A program made the translations under genes and the position numbers. The notes under the pieces are model-generated. The model was not told the DNA's origin, searched no databases, and saw only the letters and a list, made by a program, of their open reading frames with translations. A DNA stretch of 64,000 nucleotides from assembly GCA_964016885.1 (NCBI GenBank), contig OZ024746.1, positions 31,372,001-31,436,000 on the forward strand. Reading direction: 5' to 3'. This document shows positions 24,614-38,700 of this stretch, one piece after another (positions within the stretch are counted from its first letter, which is position 1; every line of letters starts with the position of its first letter). Source of the stretch: Eledone cirrhosa. Taxonomy: Eukaryota.

Positions 24614-27600
24614 TCAGAGGGATGACAAACTTAGATCATCTGTACAGTTTGTAATACACCATTTGGTAAACTGTGACGAAAACATTCGATTGAGGAAAGA
24701 TATGAGAAAATCATAGATTCCATGTGAGTTTTTCACAGAAGTAGCTTTGTTGGATGAGAGAACAGGAGTTATATGAATAGACACCGAGGTGAGGTTCACA
24801 TATTGGACATCAGGGACAACCCTTAGTCGGAATATAGTTATAGGTTTCTCGTTAGGATCTTTAGTTTCTGTGCTAATAATTTCATGACTGATTTTTTTCT
24901 CTAGCTCAAAAGCAGTGCAGTCGCCCTGACCTATAAGTTTTTGTCGCATATTCTTCCGATTGAACCATATGTGATGTTTAACAGTACATATGAGGTCGAT
25001 GAGTTCTTGGGAATTTTCTTGCTTCCTTTTGGTGCCGACTTCTGAAGACATTTCAATGTTACTGCCACAAACTTCTGTCTTACTAACTCCGTTATTTCCA
25101 CAAGTATCTTCACAGAGATTAGAACCTGCTTGGCCAGTTTCAGGGTTACTACTTCCGCCTTCTGTTCCTTCAATATTCATTGCAGTCTCTGATGAACTCG
25201 AAGATGATAAATCTAGACTCTCAACAGTCTCATCTTTAAATATTTCCTTCTTAGCTTGTTCCTGCTTCAAAACCTCTTCATCTAGTTTCACAACGCCAGG
25301 GCTTACACTTGACTCAGAAGCTTGTCCCTGCTTCAAGACCTCTTCATCCGGTTTTACAATGCCAGGGCTGACACTTGTATTAGAAACATTACCATCCTTT
25401 GTTTTCTTTCTTTTCTTCTTACCACCAGCTTTACTTGGTGTTTCTTCATGGCTACACTCCTGTTCCAATACTGAACTATCTGTATCACATGTTCTAGAAC
25501 AATCTATTACAAGTAGATCAGTTAGTATTGTTTTTAAGAATACACAGAAAACTTTGCACCATAAAAGTTGGTTGCATTCAAATTTTTGAGAAAACTCCAT
25601 CAGATATCTGTTTAAACGGCATACATTGATGGGGAAGTTCAGTAAAATTGGTTGTGCAAATGAATGTCTTTCTTTAAATCTCTCTCTTCCTTTTGGTGGA
25701 AGGTCTTCAACAATCAAAATGCTAGGAATGCCCCATAAATCTTTCTCAGACTTGGATATTGAAAGTTGGGTTTGAGCCTTAAAAAGTCCTTTAAGAAAGT
25801 CCATTTTAACTTTGTCAGTGACATTTCCAGCTGTGTTAATGACCAAAATATAGGGGTCTTGAACACAAACGGAGCTTAACTGAAAAGACAGAAATAAACA
25901 AAAATAAAATTACGTTTCAGTTTACATTAACAGTTTTTAGTTTTTGTTATTATTATTTACTGTTTTTACTAATTAGACTGTGTTCGTGCTTGGGTTCTGC
26001 CTTGGAGGGATTTAGTTGATCAGTCTGCTACTTTAGAGAAATGGTAAATGAAACTCTTTAAGCAAAAAGCCATGCTACACCCTCTTTCCCTGCTAGTACA
26101 AGGTGTGGGTTAATGAAGCATGCCCAGGTGGTTAAATAGTTTACTTCTCAATCATGAGGCTCCAAGTTTGGTCTCATTTTGCTGCATCTTGCGCAAGTAT
26201 TTTTCTTTTACCATAGCCTTAGCATTGGTGGAAGGTGCACTGAAAGCATAGTAGCTAGAATAAGAACAGGATGGGAAAAGTTCAGAGAGCTACTACCTCT
26301 CTTGACAACAAAAGGAATAGGGTTGATTGTATGACATTTATGTGAGAAATGTGGTGTTGCATGGCATTAAATGCAAAGAATATGTGAATGCTGGAGAGGA
26401 ATGAAGTTAGCATGCTCTATGGGATGTATAATGTTAGTATGCATGAACGACGAAACAGATGAGCTGAGAAAGAACTGGAAATAAGTGGAATATGATGTAG
26501 TGTGTAAGGGAGAAAACTGCCTTGGTATAAAGATCCCAGTGGAAGGAAGCTGAAGTAGAGAAAGACTGAGGAAGACCTGCACAGAGCACTGAAGAGACGA
26601 TGAAAGAATACAATGTGTGGAGGCAAAATGTGCTGGAAAAGACCCATCTAATCCATACAAGTATGAACAAATAGACACAAACACTTTAAAATAAACTGAT
26701 CTATATTGAAGAACGAGAGGCAATTTCAGGCAGTTTCATATGAAAAGTGTTAAATGTTTGAATAACAACAAACTAAAATGACTACCAACTTTAAATGTCT
26801 GAAGTTCTGGGTCACTTTCAAAATTGGAACGTGGTAGCAGTTGTCCTGTATGGGTTGATATCACAGTACTTTCATAGTCGATGTGCAGGTAGAAGTCAAA
26901 GAATTTATGCAGCAATGTTTCTGTAAATATAGAAGGTAGACATGGTGTTAAGCATATGGATAAATGGTTAGTGTTCGGCTCACAATCATAAGGTCACGAG
27001 TTCAATTCATGAACAGGATAGTACAATGTGTCATTGAACAAGACACTTTATTTCACATTGCTCCAGTCCACCCAGCTGGGAAAAATGAGTTGCGATGACA
27101 CTTGTCTAAAGCTGTATCAGTCTTTGTTTTTTTCTTGGCTGACATGTTAAGTGGTTGAAACTAAGCCAAAACAAAATGTATGAGCAGGACCTAGTCACCT
27201 GACCGGTCAAGCCTCAGCATGACAGCTGTTTAACCTGTTTAAGCATGGAAAATAAACGTTAAATGGTGATGATGATGAGTGTATATATATATTTGTTTCT
27301 ACTTTAGGCACAAGGCCAGCAATTACCCAGTGCATTACTGGTACTTTATTTTATCGACCCCATAAGGATGAAAGGCAAAGTCAACCTCAGCGGGATTTGA
27401 ACTCAGATCGTAAAGGGACGTAACTATGCTGGAAAGCATGGCGTCCGACCCTCTACCGATACTGCCAATCTACCGCCCTGTGTATATATATATTGTGTAT
27501 ATATATGAGTTGCAACAATATAAGTTATAAGGTGTATCAATTTGGACAACATAAGTGGTGTTGTGAAGAGGGGAGACTGGCATGCAGGGGTCACTGCTGG

Positions 27601-28222
27601 TCTTCCACATAACAGCTTGACCAGGTTTGTGTCTTGGAAAATAACTTTCCAGATGCAAACTCATAGTCAGTCATGAGCAATGTGTGTGTGTGTGTGCTAA
27701 TGTCATTGTGTGAGGTAGAGAAGATTCTTACCCAGGCTGTCAGTGTTCTTGCTTGGAGGCAAAACTTCCCCCGAAGGTCTCAGTGGGTAGGAATAGTTGC
27801 ATCCATCTACAATGTTTGTTTCTTCTGGGGCTAGAATAAAAGACACAGTTGGAGAGAAATGGTGAGAGAAAGGGGAGGAATAATACACAATTATGGTTTT
27901 ACAATAAACACCCAGTATACTGTACAGTGATTGGTGACAAGAAGGGCATCTAGCCATAGAAAACTTTCAAAATGAAGGATTGTGAGGACCCTCAGTTGTG
28001 TCAAGGACATGGTAACCCCCATGTGTTGATTCCATGATTAAACACACCCAGTATATAGTCTGTAGAGTACAGGAATGTTTGGAAGTGAGATGTATCCCTC
28101 TGGCCCATCTAAGAGTTTAGTGGCTAAGGCTAAGTACTCATAATCCAAATACATATATGTATGTGTTTGGATTATGTGGATTATAAGCAGGGAAAAGTGG
28201 ACGTATGATGATGATGATGATG

Positions 28223-28264
<42 letters not shown>

Positions 28265-31200
28265 GATGATGTAAAAGCTGACCTCACAAAGGAGATGACA
28301 GGATTAGGTCATCTGGAGTCATACCGTACTACGGAAGATTTACCTTCCCACACATGTGAGGTGAAATGCAATCAAAGATTGAGGTAGAGAGACCTTATGA
28401 TGATGATCATCATCATCATATATATAAATAAGTGTTTCAGAGGAGCTATAGCAATGAAAATAGGACATTAAATTTTAAAAATAATGATAACAAAGTCATT
28501 GGAATGTTACCATGGAGATAGTTAATTAGTCTGGACTATTTCTCTTTGTCAAAAGAGAGTTTAAGGAAACTACACTGGTAAGTCAAAAATTACCTGCACT
28601 TTCGCCACAACATATCTTTAGGTTTGTCACACTGCCTTCTGCTCATGTGTGCTTATAGTTTGTACTATCACGTGATTGAAGTTTGAACTTGATCACACCA
28701 GTTTTCTTGCTGCTTTATGGTGCAAACATGGCTGCTCTGCGATCAAGCTCAAACTTTGATCACGTGACCACAATAGTACCAAATGTAAGCATGCATGAGC
28801 AGAAGGCAGTGTGACAAACCTAAAGATATGTTATGGCGAAAGTGCGGATAATTTTTTACTTACTCTCATGAATTCTAGAAATGTTGGTTTATTGGGTGTT
28901 TTTACTTTTTCAACATTAAATATCTCAAAGATGAAAGAGTGATAAATAGTAATCATGGTAGTGAGGTATTTACAACACAGATCAATGGTAACCAAGGTAA
29001 CGAGGTACTTACTACACAGATCAATGAGTTGTTTGACAGAAGGCAACACTGCAGGTTGGGTATTTTGTAAGAAGAATAAGATCAATAAGGTGATTGAATA
29101 ACTGGAGAAGCTGGTGCCACCAATACTGGCTAACTTCTGGTACTTGGCCCACAACCGAATTACACACACCAATGGAGCTACTCTACTGTCATAGGAGGAC
29201 AGGTATTTCAGCAGCGATGTGTTGTGTAAACCATTCCTGGTAAAAGAAACAATTACACACTTTCGTTACACAAATACAAATAATATTTTTTTAAAAATTT
29301 AAACACAAAGCCTGCAATTTCAAGGGAAGGCGAAAAAGTCAATTAACTTGACCCCAGTACTCAACTGATACTTTTTTTTTTTTTTTTTCCTTATTGTAGC
29401 CTAGGTTGGGATAGTATCAAGAAGATAAAATTAAGTAAACCACATACTTTACAAAAGCGTGCAGTCAGGATTATATCAAAGGCTCCCAGCCTTTAATGCT
29501 TGATAATAAAATACTAAACATTTATTAAATAAATTTGGTTGCATACTTGAGACTAATGTTCACAGTTTATGACAATTCTACACCAAAATGTGTTCAAGAA
29601 AAATTTATAAAGAATATTCACAAATAACTGATGAAATAATCTAGAGCAACATTCAAATGTGATAGTTATGCCATAACAAAATTTAATAAATTCAGCTACT
29701 CCTCTCATGGATCAATTGTCTGAAATCATTTTGTGTGCAAAGATACAACTCTTCCAGACTAAAAAAATGTAAAAAATTATATTAAAAAGATGCTCTTTAG
29801 TAACATTTAAAAAATATTTCAAGATTTGTAAATAAAATAAAAAAATGACTGCATAAAGTGCTCCTTTTACAGGCTGTCATGAAAAGGATGATAGATTTTT
29901 TACTATAATCCTTCTCAATGGCCTCACTAGTCTGATTAGCACATTCTCAATAATGAACCACTTCATTCCATTCCTAAGAACTTTTTATTCTCTTTTTTTT
30001 TTTGTAAATAGTGTATCATACTTTTTTCCTTTATGTACTTTTTATATTAAAGTATTTATAGTTATCTAAAAATCTTCTATCTTAATTTTATGTTAGAAGC
30101 TTTCTACCAAACACCAACTTGATAACAAGAAAGTTAGTTATATTACTAAATACCTCCAAATTCTTGATCATTTTCAAAATAATTTGAAAATTATAGGGAA
30201 GTGTATCTTTCATTAGAAATATGGTAATGAATAGGTTAAAGTGTTTATATTTATCTAAAAAAAAATCTACTATCCTAATTTTATATAAGAACCTTTAAGT
30301 TATGTTCCAAACATCATCTTTAAGTTATGTTCCAAACATCATCTTCATAAGAAAGTTAGTAATATAACTAAATCCCCCATTGAAAATTGTAAAAGATGTT
30401 TGAAATTCCTTACTTGTTTTGGAGAGACAAGTCAAAAGTGATGTTGGACTTTCTGTGAATAAAGCGAACTATAGGGCATTGAACACTGGGGATGGGGAAG
30501 AAATTTCCAAAGTTATCCTTCAGGTGTCGACTCAATATCTTTTGGAGAAATCGAACTTGTTTATAGGCTGTTAGTTGTAAAAACTCATCCATAGGAACTG
30601 CTTTGTTTTTAATAAATTTCAGGCTTGGGCTGTTATCGTTTGACTGCTCCTTTACATCCTTTAAACAAACAGAAAGAAAACATTTATATAAATATCTATT
30701 TTCGAAGTCTTCCTTTAATCATCATCATCAGCATTTAACATCGTTTTTTTTTGGCAGCAAGAGTTGGATAGTGTATTGGGTGCATTTTAGCATGACACCA
30801 GCACTAACACTTTACAGAATGTACTGGCTGTATTTTATTGTGGTGCCAATACTACCACTTTACAGAATGTACTCGCTGTATTTTATTGTGGTGCCAATAC
30901 TACCACTTTACAGAGTGTACTGGGTGTATTTTATTGTGGTGCCAAACGCCACCTTAAAAAAATCTATAGAAACTGATAGGCATCTTCTATATGGTAATAT
31001 AGTAATTGATCCAGGAACAATAATGGCTCCATAGTGATATATTTAAACCTGGTGGAATTCTTCCAGAGAAGGAGGGAGAGAAGGAAAGTGAGAGAGAGAG
31101 AGAGTAGGAAATAGATATTGTGGAAGAGTGAACCAAAGAACTTGACTAATACTATATCAACCTTGAAAGGATAAAAGGCAAAGTTGACATTGGTGTGATT

Positions 31201-34200
31201 TGAACTAAGAGTACAGTTAGTAGAATACAAATACTGTAAAGCATTGTATCTGATGTTCTAAGGAAACTGTCACTCCAGCACATTTTAGAAATATAAGGGT
31301 TAAACAAGTGAAAGTGTATAGAATGATAGTGAATGTGACTTACTTTAGGCATAGGTGTATGTAGGTCAAGAAAGACATCAATGTCGCAGCCTCTCACACC
31401 AAAACCATTCACAGAAGAACCAAATAAGCTGACAGAACAACCTAGAAATATACAATAGAGAAATACAACATGGCTTCATCTAACTCATGCCAACATGGAA
31501 AACACTGATGATGATTGGTGGTGATGATGATTATTGATGGATGATGATGATGATGATGACAACGATGATGATAATTCTTAGCAAAATAAACAATAACAAT
31601 AAATCTGTTAGTAAAGCATTTTCGTTTGTATCTTACATCCAGTACATTGGTAGTGTTAGTATCACAACACACTCTGTAAAGTGGTACTTTTGGTGTCATG
31701 ATAAAATACACCCAGTACACCCTGCAATCTGGAATAACTGGTGCCATGATAAAATATACCCAGTACACCTTGCAATGTGGTACTGTTGGTGCTATAAATT
31801 ACACCCACTAATGCTCTGTAATGTGGCAGTGTTGGTGCCAAGATGAAATACACCCAGTGCACCCTCTAAAGTAGTAGTCTTGGTATCACAATAAAATACA
31901 CTTTGTAAAGTGGTACTGGTTGTGCCATGATAAACTATATCCAGTACACTCTGAAATGTGGTAGTGCTGGTGCCACGATAAAATACCCCCAGAACACCCT
32001 GTAAAGTGGTAGTGCTGGTGTCATGATAAAATACACCCAGTATACTCTGTAAAGTGGTAGTGCTGGTAAATGATAAAATGCACTTAGTACACTCTAGAAA
32101 GTAGTAGTGCTGATGCCACGTTAAACTACACTCAGTCCACTTTGCAAAGTGGTAGTGTTGATGTCACAATAAAATACAACCTGTATTCTGCAAAATGGTA
32201 GAAGTGATGCTAGTGTATAAAATAATGTACCACTCTGGAATTTTATTTTGAGGTTTTAAATAGTTCTCAACTAGATAATGACGATAGTGGTGGTGGTGTG
32301 ATGATGATGATGGTTGCGATGCTGATGATATTACCAGGGAAATAAGGATTCAAGACGTTGCAGAAAAGCTTGCAGAATTCGTCTCTTTTCTGCAGTTCTT
32401 TATCTGTCAGTCGCAATTCTTTGTAGAGCAGCAGAATTTGGTCATCAACCTAGAAGATTACAAGGGAGATCACTGATTAACTCATAACATCCTTTCATGG
32501 TTTAGCAGAAAATATCTAAAAACTGGTTTGTTAATTCAAATATTTATAGTACCTTTACTAATTGACAAATCATAGTGTTGTTGTTTTGTATTTTTCAAGA
32601 ATGTCTTGCTAATGTGGTTTCATGCAGTGCCAAGAGAATTATGTTGGTAACTTTATAAATTAAGTAGCTAAGTGTACAGGGTGGGATGAAAAAAGTGAAA
32701 TTAAATTTTGAAGTTCATTCCTAAGATAATGATGATAATAATAACATACTCCGCTAAAAACAGCCCAAACTCTGTGCAAGGTATCAATTTAATAACATAG
32801 ATAAAAAAAGAACAATCTTCACACAAAACATACATCCTGTACATTAAGAACCTAATGTAATAAAACACAACTCACATCACACAACAGACAACAAAACAAA
32901 CACAAGAAACCAGCTAACCACCATAACAAAACAAGAATGGTGCAGTACATTAACAGAAAGAATCTATTTTATCACCCCAACACCTGTAAATAACAACACA
33001 ACAATGCACACACCTCAGGAACATGATACTGAATAGTTCTGACACTAATCCATCCCTCAAAGACAGAGCCAAAGCTGGCCACTCTGAGAACAACAGTTGA
33101 TCAGGCTCCCACCCATAGCAGATACCTTATTTATCTTCTCTATGATGTATCATATGAAGTGGAGGTTGTCATGGATGGATCTGTTTGGAATATTGCAGGT
33201 TTGCACCTCTCCAACCAGATCACGGATGACAAGCAGCAGCCTCTTTGCCAAAATCTTTGTCAGACAAAGACTAAATTGTGGCTTTGTTTTCACGTTGTGC
33301 CTCGACAACACAAGCTCATTGTATGGCCCTCATCTCTTCATGTCCAAAAGTATGTGCTCCCACTCTGACAACACAGCCTTCATGTTTCATGTTGAAGAAT
33401 TGGTTGCGTGCCAATCTCCCTGTGAGCACTTTAGTTGCTATGCCACATCTAGTTTCCTGATCAGCTCTCCCTCTATTCTATTTCTTTTTATTCTTAGTCC
33501 TTTGCTAAATCTTATCGATTCTATTCTAATGGGCCTTTTTAAGATGACACTAATCCTTGTCAACACTTGGTTACTTTATTTGCACGAGAAATGGCGCTTT
33601 AAGCTTCTGGTAGCCAGGTTCTTGTCTACTAAGCCTATCTAGGTTGACCATAAAGACCCTCTTCGGTCACAAATGACCATGGAATTTGCACCTAGAAAGT
33701 CCCTCTCTGAGTCACAAGCCTGGGAAAAGTGTTGTCCAAGAGAAAAGGAAAGGTCAATACAGCTTAGCAGCAGTGATGTCACAACTCATTTCTACAGCTG
33801 AGTGAACTGGAACATGGACTGTACAGATCCCAAATTTAAATTATGGACAACCTATGCTATGCCTAGCTACTACTCTACAAAATACCCTATGTAGATATGA
33901 TCTGGATGAATTGATGCTGTTTGATCAGATCCGCACTCGCATGACTAGGAAATCCAGTTGGTACCTGTTAAATAGTTGAAAGTGAGCAGGTTTGCGAAGC
34001 TTTTACAAACCTCCTCCTCTGTCTGCTAGCTCCATACACAGTCCCAGCATGCCATTCCAGTCACCCACTAACACTAAAGAGTGGGATGTTCACATCCAGC
34101 ACCATTGACTTAACTTCTGAGAATTTACCAGCAATTAGCAGGCAGGTATCTTTATGTTTCTGTCAAGTTTATATACTTTAACAAACTATTAGAACTAGTC

Positions 34201-37200
34201 AAAAATTCAGTTTTTCAGTCAATAATAACAATAGTTTCTGATTTAGGCACAAGGCCAACAATTCTTTGGAGAGGGGAAAGTCAATTAAATTGATTCCCTG
34301 TAAGGATGAACGGCAAAGTTGACTTTGGCAGGATTTGAACTCAGAATGTAAAGAGCAGAAACAAATGCCACTAAACATTTTACCAAATGCTCCACCAATT
34401 CCATTATTCCAATAATTGATGATAATAGTAATAATAATAATACTTACAGTATTTTTTTCTAAAACTTCTTTCTGAAGATTTGCGATGATGTCTTTGACAT
34501 GAACCTGTTCAAGGGGCTGGATGTATTTACCCCTCTTTACTGGTGACACTTTACTGCGTTTTTTAGGATGGCCTTGTTTCTGGCCTGTCCGATATGGCAT
34601 CTGGGGATTGAACTTGAGTCTCTTTGGTTGAACACGGATGAAATGTTTACCAAAACAATGTTGTTTGTATCTCAAAACATGTGAAGCAATCTCCAGATTT
34701 TCAAATTTAACAAATGCAAAGGGACCCTTTAAAAAATCAAAATCAACAAAATATTTATATTTTTTACTTAGTACAGACATATACACATAACACACAGACA
34801 GATGTATCATGTTTTTGTTGTTACAGTTAATACCAATGTAAGCTTAGTTAGCCTTCTTCAAGGTTGCATCTCAGATGAGGTTTTCTTGGGTGTTTTAATG
34901 ATAGGGACTCTCAGTCCTATCATGCCGTTTGCTACAGCTCACACCTATGTAAGTTTAGCTGGCATTCAAGGTTGCATCTCATATAGGGTTTTCTTGGATG
35001 TTTTAATGATAGGGGCGAAAGTCATATAATACTGTTACAGTTCACACCTATGAAAGTTTAGCTGGCCTTCTTCAAGGTTGCACCTCAGATGAGGTTTTCT
35101 TGGGTGTTTTAAAGATAAGGGCCCCAGTCCTATCATGTTGTTGTTATAGCTCACACCTATATGGGTTTATCTTGCCTCTTATGAAGTTGCATCTCATAGG
35201 TTTCTTTGCCGTTTTAATGATAGGGGATTCAGTCCTATTATACACGCACATATGTATGTTGTTATAGCTTACAACTATATATGTTTATCTAGCCTCCTAT
35301 GGGGTTGCATCTCATAAGATGTTTTAATGATAGGGCCCCCAATCATATCATATATAAAGCAATGTGAAATGAAACATGTTGCTCAAGAACATGTTCTAAC
35401 CTTATGATCATGAGTGGTGGCCATGCCACCAAACACAATAGGAAAGGTAATAAAGAAATAATGATAATGTCCTCACCCATGAGTTATTCTGGTCAACATA
35501 AGTAACATCAACAACTTTACCAAACTGCATGAAGTAGTTGTAAAGAGCATCTTTACCAACATGCCGAGAGAAGCCAGTCACATGGACACTGAGAGCAGCT
35601 TCTAGTACACAGGACCGATAGGCTTCAGTCCGATTCAAGTGCTTCTCACTTACTTTGTGTGCCTTCAAAGCTGTTTCTGGAGAGAAAAATAGAGAGACAG
35701 GGGTAGAGATACATAGAAATATTCTTCTTGATACAAAACCACCCATTTTAAAGGATTCCTAACCTTCCAACATCATTTTATATATAACCCATTTATTCTA
35801 TTAGTTCAAAGTTCTTTTGTCACAAACTCTGTGACCCCTTCAATGACTTTAGGTTTCATCTGAGCCTCCTCTTCCTTCTGGTCTTATTTTGTTTTTCCCA
35901 TCTTATCTTTTTCTTTTGTTATGATTTGTTACAAATACCATGTTAATAATGAAATAATTAATAATCATAGCTAATCCCTCCAAATTATTCATAAATTAAT
36001 TCAAATACAGTGGATTTCATGAGAAATATGGTCATGAAAGGATTAAATATTATTACAAAAAGTAAGAAAGAAAAACAGCGATACACTAGATCAGGCCAAA
36101 GTAACTGTTTCCTTTGGTCTTTTCTATTGCTGATACTGTCTGTTTGTTGTTTTCCCAAATACATGCAAAACCAACATTTAACTTATCTACAAAACATTGT
36201 AAATATATGTAAAATCGAGGTGTGACTTATCTACTGGACCTACAAAACCTCAGTTCAAAATATATGGTGCATTGTAAATATTTGCGTAAAATGGAAGTGT
36301 GATTTATCTAGTGGACCTACAAAACCTCAGTACACTGTAAATGTAGTATGTAAAATGGACCTATACAATCTCAATTAAATATATGGTGCATTGTATATGT
36401 TGCATGTAAAATGGATGTGTGATTTATCTAGTGCAGGCATGTCAAACTGATGGTCCCCGAGGGCCACATGAGTATCGTATGTGTTGTCTGAGGGCCACAC
36501 ACAACTAATTGCACACATTACAACTAATTTTTTTGATTTCATATTACGAAAATAAAACATGCTCGCGCTGTAAAATCCTTTGTGCGGACAACAGGTGTGC
36601 TTGTAAAGTGCGGAAGTTTGACATGCCTGATTTAGTGGATCTACAAAATCTCAATCTAAAATACATGGTATATTGTAAATATGAGATTGGAATAGAGTGT
36701 CTGGTGGTTGTACGACAAAACACCTTTACAACTATTTACATTATAGTAAATGCGTGTTTCTTATGGCCGAAATAACTATTACAATGGAATTTATACGGTC
36801 TCATATTAAATAAACTACTTGCCAAATATACAACTCAAGGGAATGTTTTGGTATTCTTTCGTTAAATACACAATACAAAATGCATTCATTTTCCATAGTC
36901 AACGTACCACAACACGTCAGTATATTGATTTTGTGCCAGTCACTTTTTTTAAAAATTATATATTGATTTGTTGATAAATAAATAAAGTTGACGAAGGTGT
37001 AGCTAATATCATTCCATATACCTCCTTGTTTATCTAAGTGGAAAGCTGCCCAAGTTAAATTACGACTTTAAAACAGGAATGTACACAACAATATGGCGAC
37101 AGCTAGTTACATCAAGGAGAAATGAGATGTTTTATAGAAATCATTATTCCTTACATTCCACAAACCAACAGAAAGATACAAGACAAAGAAAATGGGTAGC

Positions 37201-37723
37201 TGTGGCATTCATTCCATTCTGAAAATGTATAACTTCTAAAATAGACGGAAAAAGAGCGAGAGTGGAGAATCGTTAAATATATCAACGTCATGACAAGATC
37301 TGGAGACAAACGGAAAATATAACTGACTCCATCAACATACTTCCAACTTCATCAATTAACTGTTATCACATCGATGAATCAACTCATTATAAAAGACCAG
37401 AGAGACATCATTATTACTTTGATATTTCGCTTTAGGTATATAATATAACAAACAATAACAGGAAAAAAACCGGCAATAAAATGAAAATGAATGAAACGTT
37501 TTATATCAGATTGTTTCTCTTCTGGGATTCATATTTGACTGTCCCATCTTGGTGAGCTAATTTATTGGTGGGTGGCAATTGACTACAGACGGTTTGATGA
37601 AAGAGCAGCGGGTCGATATCGGAGGGGATAAAATAAATCAATCGGAGTTTATCGATTAACAGAGGAATTTACGTGCTTACCGGACGTGAATCCAATATGA
37701 CATATTTCGCAATAATTATTCAT
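24614..37723 (-). CDS. TUT1: TUT1/Star-PAP-like terminal nucleotidyltransferase (U6 TUTase family), ~899 aa
   Basis: Exons 37681-37723, 35477-35676, 34448-34726, 32335-32449, 31344-31441, 30414-30658, 29013-29236, 27732-27830, 26790-26920, 24614-25879 (2700 nt, phases consistent). Domain order: C-x2-C-x12-H-x5-H zinc finger, RRM (VHVTGF..FAFVKF), NTase palm FGSSVNGFGVRGCDIDVF with third Asp in FDLSLQN, SSYSITLL, PAP-associated QDPY..N, C-terminal KA1-like HHIWFNRK. Confidence 0.9.
28573..28870. mobile_element. Palindromic Tc1/mariner-type MITE in TUT1 intron 7
   Basis: Arms >100 bp (gtaagtcaaaaattacctgcactttcgccacaacatatctttaggtttgtcacactgccttctgctcatg and its reverse complement); TA at the left end. 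Confidence 0.75.
31635..32200. repeat. ~45-nt minisatellite array
   Basis: About 12 tandem degenerate units. Confidence 0.9.
34815..35350. repeat. ~100-nt tandem repeat (ggttgcatctca..gttttaatgatagggg..gctcacacctat)
   Basis: About 5 units visible. Confidence 0.85.
36434..36629. mobile_element. hAT-type MITE inserted in a ~70-nt tandem repeat
   Basis: 15-bp TIR caggcatgtcaaact/agtttgacatgcctg; 8-bp TSD atctagtg/atttagtg. Confidence 0.88.
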
Positions 37724-38229
37724 GGTGATGAGATAATGAAGAGTTAAAAACGACGGTCCACGACCCCAAAAACTGAACTAAATAGTGTGTGTGTGTATAT
37801 ATATATATAGAGAGAGAGAGAGATATGTAGGATGTTTAGTAGGTAGTCTGATCGCAAGAAAAAATTGGGACTCCGTAACTGAAACTAAAATATGTAGGGA
37901 AAGATAACTCACTGGCAAAATAGATGTCAGCACCATATTTTCGCGTATAACCCTGATAAACGTCGCAGAGCATACACCTATATGTTGTTACTGACCTTAC
38001 CACCACAAAATATACACCTCTATGTTATTGTTACAGACCTCCCTACCACTACAGAACATACACCTCAATGTTGTTGCTACAGACTTCCCTACCACAACAC
38101 AACACACGCCTATATGTTTTTACAGAGCGCACACCTATATGTTGTTACCACAGAATTCGTAATTCGAATAAAATATCCACCAGAGAAATCCCACCAGGGC
38201 AAAATCCACATAGTAAAATAACGATAATA

Positions 38230-38700
38230 AAGTATGGCCTGAACGGTACAGGCTTTCCTTCCCAGCTCGAGTCCGCGGGGGTGGACCGAGGTGACAGCAA
38301 AAGACCAAGTGGCAAGACAATCTTCCCGTTCCGCGGGGCTAGGCTCCTCATCTGGACTACTACATTGTGTGACACCTCTAGTGGCAACCTAGTGTATTCG
38401 GTTACCAGACCAGGCTTCGCTGCCCGCCAGGCCGGAGAGGGTAAACTGTCTAAGTTTTGGCCGCTCTCTAATAGGTTAGTGGTAGAGCCACATCCCCACT
38501 CATGTGATAGGTTTGTGGTTGAGCCTGTGGTAATGGAGACTTCCGGTGTTCTTGGCCCCAGGTCGCATCCCTGCTCATTGCTATCTGGAGCGAAGTTGGC
38601 TGCCCGCAATGCAGAGTGGCTGTTCCAGTGTGTTTCTCTCGCCGTCATCCGGGGCGACATATTAGAGAACATGATTTTTATACCATTAAGTTTACACTTT
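38230..38700 (+). mobile_element. CRE-like RLE retrotransposon fragment
   Basis: GFPSQLESAGVDRGDSKRPSGKTIFPFRGARLLIWTTTLCDT..VVEPVVMETSGVLGP..WLFQCVSLAVIRGD. Confidence 0.8.

Noticed and set aside
24990-25589. 199-aa + strand ORF, and + strand ORFs over 44500-46407
   Set aside because: Antisense shadows of the TUT1 last exon and the RTE ORF.
31635-32200. Regularly spaced repeats resembling a CRISPR array (also 42505-43230, 56595-56925)
   Set aside because: Units are contiguous and degenerate with no unique spacers or cas genes; eukaryotic minisatellites.
33070-33642. 181-aa + strand ORF
   Set aside because: No recognisable domain; looks like a decayed LINE fragment on the opposite strand, family not assignable.
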